A stretch of 64,000 bases of DNA from an uncultured Actinomycetota bacterium (GCA_963749585.1 CAVVNI010000003.1:550695-614694), one strand, 5' to 3'; positions 16,347-26,351 are shown, numbered from the stretch's first letter. Translations and numbers: made by a program. The notes: generated by a model from the letters alone, not told the origin.

Positions 16347-17345
16347 TTAAGCGTTCGGGTCGACGACGACCCGGCCGCGCACCTGCCCAGCCAAGATGTC
16401 CGCCCCGCGGGCGATCACTTCGCCCAGCGGGATCACCTCGGTCATCGACTCCAGCATGTCTGCTGGGAGCTCGACCGCCAACGACGCCCAGGCTCGTTCC
16501 CGGTCCGCGATGGGAGCCTGCACCGAGTCGATGCCTTGGAGCCGCACCCCGCGCAGAATGAACGGCATCACTGTCGCGGGCAGGTCGACGCCTCCGGCCA
16601 ACCCACAACAGGTCACCACGCCGTGATAAGCGGTCTGCGCCAGCACTGTGGCCAACATCGTCGAGCCCACGGTGTCCACCGCCCCGGCCCAGGTCTCCTT
16701 CTCCAACGGCTTTGACGAGGCGGTCATCTCCTCCCGGGACAGCAGCGTGGTGGCGCCGAGCGAGCGCAGATAGTCGTGCAGCTCGCTGCGCCCGGTCACC
16801 GCACTGACGGCATACCCCCGTGCGGCCAACAGGGCGACCGCAACGCTGCCCACCCCACCTGCTGCTCCGGTGACCACGACCGGTCCGCTCTCGGGGGTGA
16901 CGCCGCCGTCTTCGAGTGCCAGGACGCTCAACATCGCGGTCAGGCCGGCGGTGCCGATCGACATCGCAGCCAACGAGGTCATCCCAGCGGGCCGCTTGAC
17001 CAGCCAGTCGGCGTCCACGCGCTGGCGCTGGGTATAACCCCCCCAGAACCGCTCGCCGACGCCCCACCCGGTGAGGATAACGTCGTCGCCGACCTCGAAT
17101 CGTGGCACGCCGCTAGCCCGCACGGTGCCGGCGAAGTCGATGCCCGGCACCATCGGAAACTCCCGGATGATGCGCCCTTTGCCCCCCAGCGCCATACCGT
17201 CCTTGTAGTTCAGGCTGGAGTAGTCGACGTCGACGGTGACGTAGCCCTCGCCCTGCGGTAAGTCATCCTCGCTGAGCTCTTCGACTGCCGCGTGCGGGCC
17301 GTCATCGGCGTCGCGGACAACGAGGGCGGTGAAGGTGTCGGTCAT
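16347..17345 (-). CDS. acuI: YhdH/AcuI-family MDR oxidoreductase (acrylyl-CoA reductase-like)
   Basis: V.V.YSSLNYKDGMAL.GKG.IIR.FPMVPGIDFAG.V, VVVTGAAGGVGS.AVALLA..GY.V.AVTGR. ATGA overlap with the upstream gene. Confidence 0.8.
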   Translation of the reverse strand: MTDTFTALVVRDADDGPHAAVEELSEDDLPQGEGYVTVDVDYSSLNYKDGMALGGKGRIIREFPMVPGIDFAGTVRASGVPRFEVGDDVILTGWGVGERFWGGYTQRQRVDADWLVKRPAGMTSLAAMSIGTAGLTAMLSVLALEDGGVTPESGPVVVTGAAGGVGSVAVALLAARGYAVSAVTGRSELHDYLRSLGATTLLSREEMTASSKPLEKETWAGAVDTVGSTMLATVLAQTAYHGVVTCCGLAGGVDLPATVMPFILRGVRLQGIDSVQAPIADRERAWASLAVELPADMLESMTEVIPLGEVIARGADILAGQVRGRVVVDPNA

Positions 17346-19462
17346 GGTCTCTCCTGGGCTGTGGTCGATATCTGAACCGCGGCTGGTATGACGAGTGCAT
17401 CCAGGGCCAGAGCGCCCTCGGTGCTGACGGCAAGGGGATTGACGTCGAGTTCGGCGATCAGGTCGCCGAGGTCCGCGGCCAGGTCCGACAGGGAGACCAG
17501 TGCCGCGGCTACGGCATCGACGTTGAGTGCGGGACGGCCGCGGATGCCGTCCAGAATGGGCTTGATCGCGAGCTTGCTGATCATCTGTTCGGCTATGGCC
17601 TGATCAATCGGGACCAGCCCCAGCTGGCGATCGCCGAGCACCTCGATGAACACGCCGCCGCCGGCTACCAGCACGATCGACCCGAACTGTGGGTCGCGCA
17701 CTACGCCCAGAGCCAGCTCGACACCGGGGCTGGTCATCGGCGCGACCACGACCTGCGGCCCAAGCCGTTCGGCGAGGTCAGCGTATGCGGTCGCTACCGC
17801 ATCCTCGTCGGTCAGGTTCAGCATGACGCCGCCCACATCCGACTTGTGCAAGATGCTGGGCGCAGCCGTCTTCAGAACCACGGGCAGGCCGATCGCCCGG
17901 GCGCCCTCGAGGACGGCCTCGAGGGTGTTCGCGACGTGGTGCGGAACCACCGGCAGGCCGTAGTCGGCGAGCAGATTAAGGCCCTCATCCTCGGTCAACG
18001 CCAGCGGTTGGCTGAGCCTGGCCCGCCAGCGTGCCGTCACTGCTGCGTCGGGCGACGTCGGTGGCAATACCTGGGAGCGGGCCACGAAGTCTCGATAGGC
18101 CAGTGCGTGCCTCACCGCGAGCAACCCGGCCACCGTGCCATCGAGCACCGGGATGCCACTATGAGTCAGCCGTTTGGCGAGGTCCTGAGACTCGGTGCCG
18201 ATGTGGTTGGTCAGCACGGCCACCGGTTTGTCGGTGCGGCGGTGCACCCGGCGGCAGATCCGGGCAAAGGACTCATGCAGATGGAACCCCGAGCTGAGAT
18301 CAACCACGAAAACGCCCATCGCGGTGTCCGGGTCGTCCATCAGCGCCTGCCAGCAGCGCTCAAAGACCACCTGGTAGTCGCGGCCGGTACCCCACGCATC
18401 GAGGGGGTTGATCGGCTCCAGCCCATGGTCGAGGTTGTCCACCAACACCTGAGTGGTCCTTTGGCTGAGCTGGCCGAACTCGACGCCAATGTCGCCGGCG
18501 AGATCGATCATCAGCTCGCGCTCCCCGCCGGAGTCGAAGATCGCCGCGAGCGCGCCGCGGGCCGGTCGCCGGGGGTGAGCCAGCAGTTGGGTGGTCGAGG
18601 CCAGCTCGTCCAACGACTTCACCGAGAGCACTCCGTAGCGCTGAAACAGCGTCTGGTACGCCGCGTCGTCACCGGCGATCGCACCGCTGTGGCTCAGCGC
18701 CAACCGCGCAGCATCGGGGGTTCGTCCAGCTTTGAGGGCGATCACCGGGATGTCCCGCTCGGCGGCCTTGCGCAGCGCGGCGATGAAAGCGGTCGGCGAG
18801 CGCACCGACTCGATGAACAGTGCTATCGCGGTCGTGCTCTCCTGCTCCAACGCGTAGTCCATGTACTCGGCCGTGGTGGTCACCAGTTCTTGGCCGGGCG
18901 AGATGGCGAGGTTGAAACGGAGCTTTTGGTCGTTCCACAGGAGCGCGGTCAGCACTGACCCAGACTGGGCGATCAGGGTCACCCCACCCTCGGCGAGCTC
19001 ATAGGGCCGGTGGAACGGCAGCGTTCGGAACCACCTCTCGACGTTATAGAAGCCCATGCAGTTGGCACCGACGATGGGCAGGTGTGCGGCACGAGCCAGG
19101 TCGCGTACACGTTCGCGCAAGGGGTATGCCAGGTCGTCGCCAGACATCGACAAGCTTCCGGGGATCACCAGACCTCCGACGCCGAGATCGATCGCCGCGC
19201 GGACCTGTTCCTCGATGACGGCATTGGCCACTCCCAGGACGGCCAGGTCGGGCGCTTGCGGAAGGTCGCTCAGACTCGGGTAGCAGGGCAGTCCCTCGAT
19301 CTCGTCATACCGCGGGTTGACGGGGTAGACGGCTCCCCGATACCGAGCAACCTGCAGCTCCAAGACCATGTCGTTGCCCGGCACGTTGGGCATCGTCGAA
19401 GCGCCCAACAGAGCCACCGAAGCCGGAGCCAGCATCCGCTCCAGCGGGTGCCTGTCATTCAC
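17342..19462 (-). CDS. ADP-forming acyl-CoA synthetase (acetate--CoA ligase family: CoA-binding, succinyl-CoA-ligase-like and ATP-grasp domains; no GNAT domain)
   Basis: L.PASVALLGAS...PGN, NPRY.EI.GL.CYPSL.DLP..PDLAVL, GANCMGF, C-terminal ATP-grasp VVLKTA...HKSDVGGV.L. The start is uncertain (GTG 19462, ATG 19435 or ATG 19552). Confidence 0.85.
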   Translation of the reverse strand: MNDRHPLERMLAPASVALLGASTMPNVPGNDMVLELQVARYRGAVYPVNPRYDEIEGLPCYPSLSDLPQAPDLAVLGVANAVIEEQVRAAIDLGVGGLVIPGSLSMSGDDLAYPLRERVRDLARAAHLPIVGANCMGFYNVERWFRTLPFHRPYELAEGGVTLIAQSGSVLTALLWNDQKLRFNLAISPGQELVTTTAEYMDYALEQESTTAIALFIESVRSPTAFIAALRKAAERDIPVIALKAGRTPDAARLALSHSGAIAGDDAAYQTLFQRYGVLSVKSLDELASTTQLLAHPRRPARGALAAIFDSGGERELMIDLAGDIGVEFGQLSQRTTQVLVDNLDHGLEPINPLDAWGTGRDYQVVFERCWQALMDDPDTAMGVFVVDLSSGFHLHESFARICRRVHRRTDKPVAVLTNHIGTESQDLAKRLTHSGIPVLDGTVAGLLAVRHALAYRDFVARSQVLPPTSPDAAVTARWRARLSQPLALTEDEGLNLLADYGLPVVPHHVANTLEAVLEGARAIGLPVVLKTAAPSILHKSDVGGVMLNLTDEDAVATAYADLAERLGPQVVVAPMTSPGVELALGVVRDPQFGSIVLVAGGGVFIEVLGDRQLGLVPIDQAIAEQMISKLAIKPILDGIRGRPALNVDAVAAALVSLSDLAADLGDLIAELDVNPLAVSTEGALALDALVIPAAVQISTTAQERP

Positions 19463-19628
19463 GAGCTGAGCGTCCCAGGCCGGAACGTGGAGCGCAAGGG
19501 AAGGTGGTGTCACCCACTGGTTGAGCCTGCTGCTGCACCTCCACGGGGCCATTCCTGACCGAAGACCCCTCCGGGTGACTCAGACTTCGGTGGATCCGCC
19601 CGGTGCAGGGGTTTGCTCGCAGCATCCG

Positions 19629-20261
19629 CTAGGACGTCGCGGGCGTCCACGGAGTGACGAAGTCGTTGCCCTGTCTGCCCTCGACGCCGAACTTGAGCTC
19701 GATGGCCCTCGCCCCGTCCAGCTGCTCTCGGATGAGGTCCGCGTGACCCGCGTGCCGGGCGAACTCCTCGATCAAATGCATCAGGTGAAAACGCTCGACG
19801 GTGGGCGTCGGCTCGTTCCGTCCCTCCCAGGGCTCCGGGGGTGCCACGACGTCGGCGCCAGGGTCGATAACCCGGACCTGGGCGATGAAGCTGGCGTGCA
19901 TCCGGTCGAAGGTCGCGGCAGTTTCGTCGAACTGCTCAGCATCGGTCAGCGCGAAACTGCCGAAGAACTCCCCAGCATGTCTCTGAAGATCCTCCACCGA
20001 CCGCTCACCATGCGGGTTGTCGCGGCGCAGCCGGAGCTGGTTCATGACCCACGTGGCGTGCTTGAGCAAACCTCCGATCGAAAGCGAACTTGCGCAGGGC
20101 GTGGCCCGCGCTTGCTCGTCGGTCAGGCCATACGCCGCATAGCGCAGGGCAGTCAGGTTCTCGTCCAGATAGTCGGCGATCAACTCGATCTCGCTGGCAA
20201 CGCGTGGCTGTGGCATCTCGGTCAACCTCATGTCTGAGTGCGTCTGTGGGAATGGGCTCAC
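19629..20261 (-). CDS. DinB-family (DUF664, mycothiol-transferase-like) protein
   Basis: E.ELI.DYLDENL..L......LTDEQA......SSLSIGGLLKH....E, HLIEEFARHAGHADLIRE. The start is uncertain (ATG 20261, 20231 or 20216). Confidence 0.7.
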   Translation of the reverse strand: MSPFPQTHSDMRLTEMPQPRVASEIELIADYLDENLTALRYAAYGLTDEQARATPCASSLSIGGLLKHATWVMNQLRLRRDNPHGERSVEDLQRHAGEFFGSFALTDAEQFDETAATFDRMHASFIAQVRVIDPGADVVAPPEPWEGRNEPTPTVERFHLMHLIEEFARHAGHADLIREQLDGARAIELKFGVEGRQGNDFVTPWTPATS

Positions 20262-20546
20262 CCTCCCCTAAGCCACCGACATCCCCGATGGGGTACAGGC
20301 AGCCTAGTACGTTCACCGGCACACCCAGCTGCTGGCCATCGTGGAGGTGAGCTCGCGCCATCACATCCCACAGCAGGGTAGGTGCCAACCTCTTGGTGTC
20401 GGTTTGGTGTCTTTCTGCGAATGCCAGCCAGTCGCCTTGACAGCACCGAGCCACGGTGCGAACTTCAGACCACGTCCCTTGTCAGGGCCGGGCAGCACCT
20501 GGAGAGCTGCTTCATCCGGGGCTCGTCATCGCCGCAAGGGGACTTC

Positions 20547-22328
20547 ATGAAAACGCCACCGTCACATCGTCGCCGACTGTTGAGCCTGACGCTCGGCAGC
20601 GCCTTGCTCGCGGGTTCAGCATTCTCACCGAGTGCAGCGCTCGCCTCCTCCGACGCGCGCGCTGGCGCCTCCGCCGCGAGCGTTGCTCTGGCACCCTCTG
20701 ACCCGTGCCCGACCGCGTTCCCGGTCAACCAGCTCAGCCGAGGTCAGGTGGTCAATGGGCTGACCGTCGACGAGGGCACCACGCCGGCACCGTTCAGCGG
20801 GGAAGTGATCGGCACCCTGCGCGATGGCATTGCCCCCGGCATCGACATGGTCATGGTTGAGCTGTCGAGCCCAGCCATCGACGAGGCGGGTGGTGTCTGG
20901 TCCGGGATGAGCGGCTCGCCGGTGTATGCCGAGGACGGCCGGCTGATCGGGGCCGTCGCCTACGGTCTGGCTTTCGGGGGCTCCCCAGTGGCCGGCGTGA
21001 CTCCGGCCAGCGCGATGTACGACATCGGAGCGACGACAGCTGCGCCGCCGGAGAATATCGAGGTGACGAAGGAGGCTCAGAAGCGCCTCGGGGCCGACGC
21101 CAACGTCAGCGGCGAGCAGGCCGCCGACGGCTTCCAGCGACTCCCCGTTCCGCTCGGTCTATCCGGCGTGAACCCTCGGCAGGCCCGTGCCTTCGGTGAG
21201 CTGATCGACACCCGTCTGGAGCTGGGTCAGACCTTCGCCAGTGGAGCCGCGTCTCCCGACGACGAAGCCTCGGCGATCGTGCCGGGTGGGAACGTGGCCG
21301 CCGCGCTGTCCTATGGCGACTTCACGCTGTCGGGCGTCGGCACCGCCACCGCGGTATGCGGCTCAGAGGTCTTGATGTTCGGTCACCCCTTCTTCTTTGA
21401 GGGCAAGACCTCCCAGAGCCTGCATAGCGCCGACGCGCTGTACATTCAGCAGGATTCGAACGCTCCGTTCAAAGTCGCAAACCCAGGTGGGGTCGCCGGC
21501 ACCATCACCGAGGACCGGTTGGCTGGTCTGAAGGGCACCTTCAACTCCGGCCCGGTCACCACTCCCATTGTCAGCACCTTGAGTAACCTGGACACAGGCC
21601 GGGAGCGCAGCGGCCTCACGGCCGCCGTCACTCCCGACTTCACGCCAGACATCGCCGCGTTCCACTCGGTGGTGAACATGGAGCGAGTGCTGGACAGTGC
21701 TGGCGGCGGTGTTGCCCGAACGGACCTGACCATCAAAGGGACCACGGACAACGGCCCCTGGTCGGTCACTCTCGACGGGGTCACCGCTGAGCGCTACGAC
21801 CTCGCGTTCCTGACCGGCTTCGACGTCTATGAGCCTCTGTTTCAGATCATGGAGTACCCGCGCAAGGAAGCTCAGATCACCTCTGTCACCCTGAACGGCA
21901 CAGTCACCGAGGAGTATCAGGACATCCATATGGCCTCTGCTGATATTCGGGTCCGCGGGAAGTGGCAACGCCTGAACGAGTCGAACCAGCCGACGGTCAG
22001 GTCCGACCGTCACATCAAGATGCGGATCAATGGTTACCCGTACAAGTCGAGCACAGTGGTTCGCCGGGAGTTCACCCTTCCGCCGCAACCGCGCGGGTAC
22101 ACCAGCGTTGAGCTGACCGGAGGTGCCGAGGGTTTCTACGAGTTCGGCCTCGAAGAGGAAGAGCGCACCCCGCGGACCTTCAACCGTTTGCTTCGCGCGC
22201 TGCGAAATGCGCCCACTGGTGCACAGGTCGGTGTGACCCTGGAGGGGCGTCGAGGCGTCACCCGGGCCACCGTGGATATGCCGGACGCGACGAAGGGATA
22301 TGTCTACGGCGAGATCCGCGTCCGCTGA
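20547..22328 (+). CDS. Secreted SpoIVB/peptidase-S55-like serine protease with a twin-arginine-like signal peptide
   Basis: MKTPPSHRRRLLSLTLGSALLAGSAFSPSAALA signal. GMSGSPVYAEDGRLIGAVAYGL closely resembles the SpoIVB catalytic-serine block GMSGSPIIQNGKVIGAV. The track ORF starts at 20382; ATG 20547 begins the signal peptide. Confidence 0.65.
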   Translation: MKTPPSHRRRLLSLTLGSALLAGSAFSPSAALASSDARAGASAASVALAPSDPCPTAFPVNQLSRGQVVNGLTVDEGTTPAPFSGEVIGTLRDGIAPGIDMVMVELSSPAIDEAGGVWSGMSGSPVYAEDGRLIGAVAYGLAFGGSPVAGVTPASAMYDIGATTAAPPENIEVTKEAQKRLGADANVSGEQAADGFQRLPVPLGLSGVNPRQARAFGELIDTRLELGQTFASGAASPDDEASAIVPGGNVAAALSYGDFTLSGVGTATAVCGSEVLMFGHPFFFEGKTSQSLHSADALYIQQDSNAPFKVANPGGVAGTITEDRLAGLKGTFNSGPVTTPIVSTLSNLDTGRERSGLTAAVTPDFTPDIAAFHSVVNMERVLDSAGGGVARTDLTIKGTTDNGPWSVTLDGVTAERYDLAFLTGFDVYEPLFQIMEYPRKEAQITSVTLNGTVTEEYQDIHMASADIRVRGKWQRLNESNQPTVRSDRHIKMRINGYPYKSSTVVRREFTLPPQPRGYTSVELTGGAEGFYEFGLEEEERTPRTFNRLLRALRNAPTGAQVGVTLEGRRGVTRATVDMPDATKGYVYGEIRVR

Positions 22329-22380
22329 TCCGACATGACGGGCCGACCAGCAGCCATGTTCGGAAACGACTCCCCGCCCG

Positions 22381-23649
22381 CTATTGAATGAAGCGGAACA
22401 TGGGGCTGTCCGGGGGAATCTGCTCAACGGTGATCGACGAGGCGCGCATCCGTTCCATCAACGGGCCAAGGTCCCCCGGTGAGCCCAACTCGATGCCCAC
22501 CAGCGCTGGGCCGATCTCCCGGTTGCTGCGCTTGACGTACTCGAAAAGGGCGATGTCGTCGTCCGGCCCCAGAACCTCGTCCAAGAACCGCCGCAGTGCA
22601 CCCGGCTCTTGCGGGAAGTTCACCAGGAAGTAGTGCTTCCGGCCCTCGTGCACCAACGCGCGCTCCATGACCTCGGCATACCTCAGCACGTCGTTGTTGC
22701 CACCGGACACGATGGCGACGACGTTTTCACCCGGAGACAGGCTGATCTGGTCGAGTGCCGCCGAGGCCAGTGCCCCGGCGGGCTCGGCGATGATGCCCTC
22801 GGTCTGGTACAGCGCCAGCATCTCGACGCAGATCCGGCCCTCCGGCACTGTGAGCATCTGTGCCCCCGCCGCCTTGACCAACGGGTAGGTGACATCACCG
22901 GCCCGGCGCACGGCAGCACCGTCCACAAAGGGGTCAACCTCCGGCAACATCACCGGACCGTCGGCCGCCAGCGCGGCAGTCATGCTGGCCGCGCCCGCGG
23001 GCTCGGCGCCGATCAGTCGCACCCTCGGGTGACGTTCCTTCAGGTATGCCGACGCACCCGCGATCAGGCCGCCGCCACCGACCGGGACCACCACGACATC
23101 CGGGGGCTGGGGCAGGGCCTCCATGATCTCGGCGATCATGGTGCCCTGGCCAGCGATGGTCATCGGGTGGTCAAAGGGTGGCACCAACGTCAGCCCGGAC
23201 TCTTGGGCATACGCGGCGGCTGCCGAAGCCGCAGCGTCGTAGTTGTCTCCGCCCACGACGATGTCCACGAACGCCCCACCCAGTGCAGCCACCCGGTCCC
23301 GTTTCTGGCGAGGAGTGGTTCGTGGCAGATAGATCCGCGCCGAGACCCCGAGCTGAGCACACGCAAAGGCGACGCCTTGGGCGTGGTTGCCAGCGCTGGC
23401 GCAGACGACCCCCATCCGCTGTTGGTGATCGGAGAGCTGCGCGATGAAGTTCGTCGCTCCACGGCACTTGTAGGACCTGACCTGTTGCTGGTCCTCCCGT
23501 TTCAACCACACCTGAGCCCCAGTCGCCGCTGACAGACGTTCGCTGTAGGTCAACGGCGAGGGAGCCACCCGACCCTCCAGGCGGTCGGCGGCAGCGTCAA
23601 CGTCGGCGGCATCGACCGTCACACGGTCGTGCGTCGTCTTCGAAAGCAT
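22381..23649 (-). CDS. ilvA: Threonine ammonia-lyase (biosynthetic type with one C-terminal regulatory domain)
   Basis: VWLKREDQQ.VRSYKCRGA.N (PLP-lysine motif), ASAGNHAQGVA, VPVGGGGLI.G, C-terminal ACT-like region. The start is taken at MLSKTT (ATG 23649). Confidence 0.9.
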   Translation of the reverse strand: MLSKTTHDRVTVDAADVDAAADRLEGRVAPSPLTYSERLSAATGAQVWLKREDQQQVRSYKCRGATNFIAQLSDHQQRMGVVCASAGNHAQGVAFACAQLGVSARIYLPRTTPRQKRDRVAALGGAFVDIVVGGDNYDAAASAAAAYAQESGLTLVPPFDHPMTIAGQGTMIAEIMEALPQPPDVVVVPVGGGGLIAGASAYLKERHPRVRLIGAEPAGAASMTAALAADGPVMLPEVDPFVDGAAVRRAGDVTYPLVKAAGAQMLTVPEGRICVEMLALYQTEGIIAEPAGALASAALDQISLSPGENVVAIVSGGNNDVLRYAEVMERALVHEGRKHYFLVNFPQEPGALRRFLDEVLGPDDDIALFEYVKRSNREIGPALVGIELGSPGDLGPLMERMRASSITVEQIPPDSPMFRFIQ

Positions 23650-23781
23650 GGTCAAGAGCGTGTCATACCTTTCCGCGACGTCAGTCCGGCCGTGGACGCG
23701 ATGCGGTCTGCATGCCCGGTGCCGCGCCGGGCACAGGGCACACCTCAGCACCCTCTGAGCGCGTAGGCATGATCAGGCCGA

Positions 23782-24804
23782 TCAGCCGAAGAGGACCGAG
23801 GCTTCCTCATACCGGTGCAACGGCACGGTCTTGAGGTTCTTGGTGGCCCGATGCAGCGGCACCGTCGTCACGTCGATCCCGTGCAGCGAGACCATCGTTC
23901 CCCACTCACTGTGCTTCACAGCGTCCACCGCCGCGCCTCCGAAACGCGTTGCCAACACCCGGTCAAAGGCCGTCGGCACGCCACCGCGCTGCAGATGCCC
24001 GAGCACCGTGGAGCGGGTCTCTATGTTGGTGCGTTGCTGGATCTCCACCGCCAGATGATCGCCGATGCCGCCGAGTCGCGGTCGACCGAAGGAGTCGACC
24101 CCCCGCAGTGCCACTGCTTCGGTGCCACCCTCGGGCACGAACCCCTCGGCCACCACCACCATGGGGGCGCGGCCGCGGTCCATCGCCATCTGTACCCAGG
24201 CGACGATCTGGTCCATGGTGACTGACACCTCGGGAATCAGGATGACGTGTGCCCCGCCCGCCAACCCCGAATGCAAGGCGATCCAGCCGACGTTTCGGCC
24301 CATCACTTCGACCACCATGCAGCGGTGGTGGCTCTCCCCGGTGGTGCGAAGCCGGTCGATCGACTCGGTGGCGATGGACACGGACGTGTCGAACCCGAAG
24401 GTGTAGTCGGTGGCCAGGAGGTCGTTGTCGATCGTCTTCGGGACCCCGACGATCTTGACGCCCTCCTCGTGCAGCATCTTGGCGACCGTCAGGGTGCCTT
24501 CCCCACCGATGGCAATCACGGCGTCCATCGTGTTGGCGGCCATCACCTCTTTGACCCGATCCGCGCCACCATGTTCAAAGGGACTGGTCCGGGAGGTGCC
24601 AAGGATCGTGCCGCCCTGCTTGGACAACCCGCGCACGTCGTGTCGGGGCAGGTCACGCACGTCGTCTTCCACCAGACCGCGAAACCCGTCGCGGATACCC
24701 AAGAAGGTGTGACCGTAGATCCGATCCCCCTTCATCACCGCCCCGCGGATGACTGCGTTCAAGCCAGGACAATCTCCACCGCTGGTCAGCATCCCAATTC
24801 TCAC
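23782..24804 (-). CDS. pfkA: 6-phosphofructokinase (ATP- or PPi-dependent; not distinguishable here)
   Basis: VRIGMLTSGGDCPGLNAVIRG.V, IGGEGTL, PKTIDNDL..TD.TFGFDT, LGHLQRGG. GTG 24804 was chosen because family N-termini read MRIG.LT.GGD. Confidence 0.9.
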   Translation of the reverse strand: MRIGMLTSGGDCPGLNAVIRGAVMKGDRIYGHTFLGIRDGFRGLVEDDVRDLPRHDVRGLSKQGGTILGTSRTSPFEHGGADRVKEVMAANTMDAVIAIGGEGTLTVAKMLHEEGVKIVGVPKTIDNDLLATDYTFGFDTSVSIATESIDRLRTTGESHHRCMVVEVMGRNVGWIALHSGLAGGAHVILIPEVSVTMDQIVAWVQMAMDRGRAPMVVVAEGFVPEGGTEAVALRGVDSFGRPRLGGIGDHLAVEIQQRTNIETRSTVLGHLQRGGVPTAFDRVLATRFGGAAVDAVKHSEWGTMVSLHGIDVTTVPLHRATKNLKTVPLHRYEEASVLFG

Positions 24805-24863
24805 CGTTCTAGTGTGGTGCGTGCAGGATGCCAAGTGGAAATCGAGTGCTAGATTTCGACTTC

Positions 24864-25652
24864 GTGGCAAGCTCTCGTGCACTCAGCAACGACGACGTCG
24901 AAGAAGAGGTCACCGGCACCTTCGAGCACAGTGTGCAAGAGGGCAGTGAGCGGCTGAACCGGTCTACGCGAGTGATGCTGACCACCGGCTTTGCGGGGGG
25001 CGTCGAGGTCGGGTTCGGCGTCGCGGCTTATTTGACCGTCTATGCCGAGACCGGAAGCTCCTTGCTGGGGGCGATTGCGTTCTCGATCGGTTTCGCTGCT
25101 CTGTATCTGGCTCATTCCGAGCTGTTCACCGAGGGTTTCTACTACCCGATCGTGGCGATCTTTGCTGGTGAGGGGTCGGTGCTGCAGCTCGTTCGACTGT
25201 GGGGTTTGACGCTCTTGGCCAACCTCGCGGGCGGGTGGGTTTTGATGTGGGTCGTGGTGGGTGCACTTCCCGACCTGCACGCCACGTTTGAGGAGAAAGC
25301 ACTCGGCTTCGTCCAGGCCCCGCTGGATTGGCAGTCGATCTGCCTGGCGCTGCTGGGGGGCGCTGCGATCACCCTGATGACCCGCATGCAGGCTGGTAGC
25401 GACTCCCAGGTCGCCACCCTGGCCGCAGCGCTGGCCGGCGCTTTCTTGCTGATCGGGCTGGGCTTGTTCCATTCCATCCTCGACTCGGTGATCATCTTCG
25501 GTGCCCTGCATGCTGGCGCTGACGACGTGACATACCTCAACTGGTTGGCGTGGTTCTGGTATGTCGTCATCGCCAACGTGGTGGGTGGTTTGCTGCTGGT
25601 GACCATTCCCCGGCTGGTCCGCAGCAGCCAGCTGGTGGAGAAAGCCTCGTGA
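24864..25652 (+). CDS. Formate/nitrite transporter (FNT) family channel
   Basis: F...V.EG.ERL.R......TGFAGG.EVGFGV, FSIGF..LYLAHSELFTE.F..P, LW..TL.ANL.GG. The first 12 codons of the track ORF (from 24828) have poor third-position GC, so I prefer GTG 24864; the start is uncertain. Confidence 0.8.
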   Translation: MASSRALSNDDVEEEVTGTFEHSVQEGSERLNRSTRVMLTTGFAGGVEVGFGVAAYLTVYAETGSSLLGAIAFSIGFAALYLAHSELFTEGFYYPIVAIFAGEGSVLQLVRLWGLTLLANLAGGWVLMWVVVGALPDLHATFEEKALGFVQAPLDWQSICLALLGGAAITLMTRMQAGSDSQVATLAAALAGAFLLIGLGLFHSILDSVIIFGALHAGADDVTYLNWLAWFWYVVIANVVGGLLLVTIPRLVRSSQLVEKAS

Positions 25653-25760
25653 AGTCCTACCCCACGACCGACGCACGGCACCCCGGCTTGTGGCACTCTT
25701 ACCCGGTAGGTCCCCGTCCTGGGCCTCTCGACTGACCGACCGACTGCCGTAGGAGACCAC

Positions 25761-26351
25761 GTGAGCACCGCCGCGCTTGCCCCCCAGCCCGTCTTGGCCG
25801 ATCGGCTGGTCTCGCGGAGCCTGGCCACCGACATCACCCTGGTGCTCACCGGCGCCCTGACGGTGGGAGTCTTGGCCCAGGTCGGTTTCGGTCGGCCCGT
25901 GCCGGTGACCGGTCAAACCCTCGGCGTGCTGCTGGTCGGCGGAAGCCTGGGTATGCGTCGTGGCGCCATGTCGCTGTTCACCTACCTGGTGTTGGGAGTA
26001 GCCGGGGTGCCCTGGTTCTCGAACTTCTCGGGCGGTCCAGGCGCGGTGCTCCTGCCCTCGTTCGGCTACATCATCGGTTTTGTCTTCGCGGCAGGGCTCG
26101 TCGGGTGGCTCGCCGAGCGCACTTGGGACCGTAAGCCTGGGTTGGCTATGGCCGGGTTCGTGCTGGCCTCACTCGTGCCGTTCGTGTTCGGCATTCCATA
26201 CCTGGCGATGGTGACCAACATCACCGACGTCTCGAGGTTGCTGGCGCTGGGCTTCACTCCGTTCATCGTCGGCGGGCTGGTCAAGTGCGCCATTGCGGCC
26301 GCGATCTTCCCGGCCGCCTGGGCGGGCGTGCGAAAACTCGACCGGCGCTGA
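25761..26351 (+). CDS. bioY: Biotin transporter BioY (ECF S-component)
   Basis: PVPVTGQTLGVLLVGGSLG.RRGA.S...YL.LG..G.PWF......G.......PSFGYIIGF. AGGAG lies 5 nt before the GTG. Confidence 0.85.
   Translation: MSTAALAPQPVLADRLVSRSLATDITLVLTGALTVGVLAQVGFGRPVPVTGQTLGVLLVGGSLGMRRGAMSLFTYLVLGVAGVPWFSNFSGGPGAVLLPSFGYIIGFVFAAGLVGWLAERTWDRKPGLAMAGFVLASLVPFVFGIPYLAMVTNITDVSRLLALGFTPFIVGGLVKCAIAAAIFPAAWAGVRKLDRR

Noticed and set aside
20262-20546. The 285-bp untranslated region before the S55-like protease gene, considered as a riboswitch or sRNA locus. It contains TTGACA at about 20435.
   Set aside because: I could not recognise any known riboswitch core. I found no convincing -10 element at proper spacing from the TTGACA, and no terminator-like hairpin. 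It is left unannotated.
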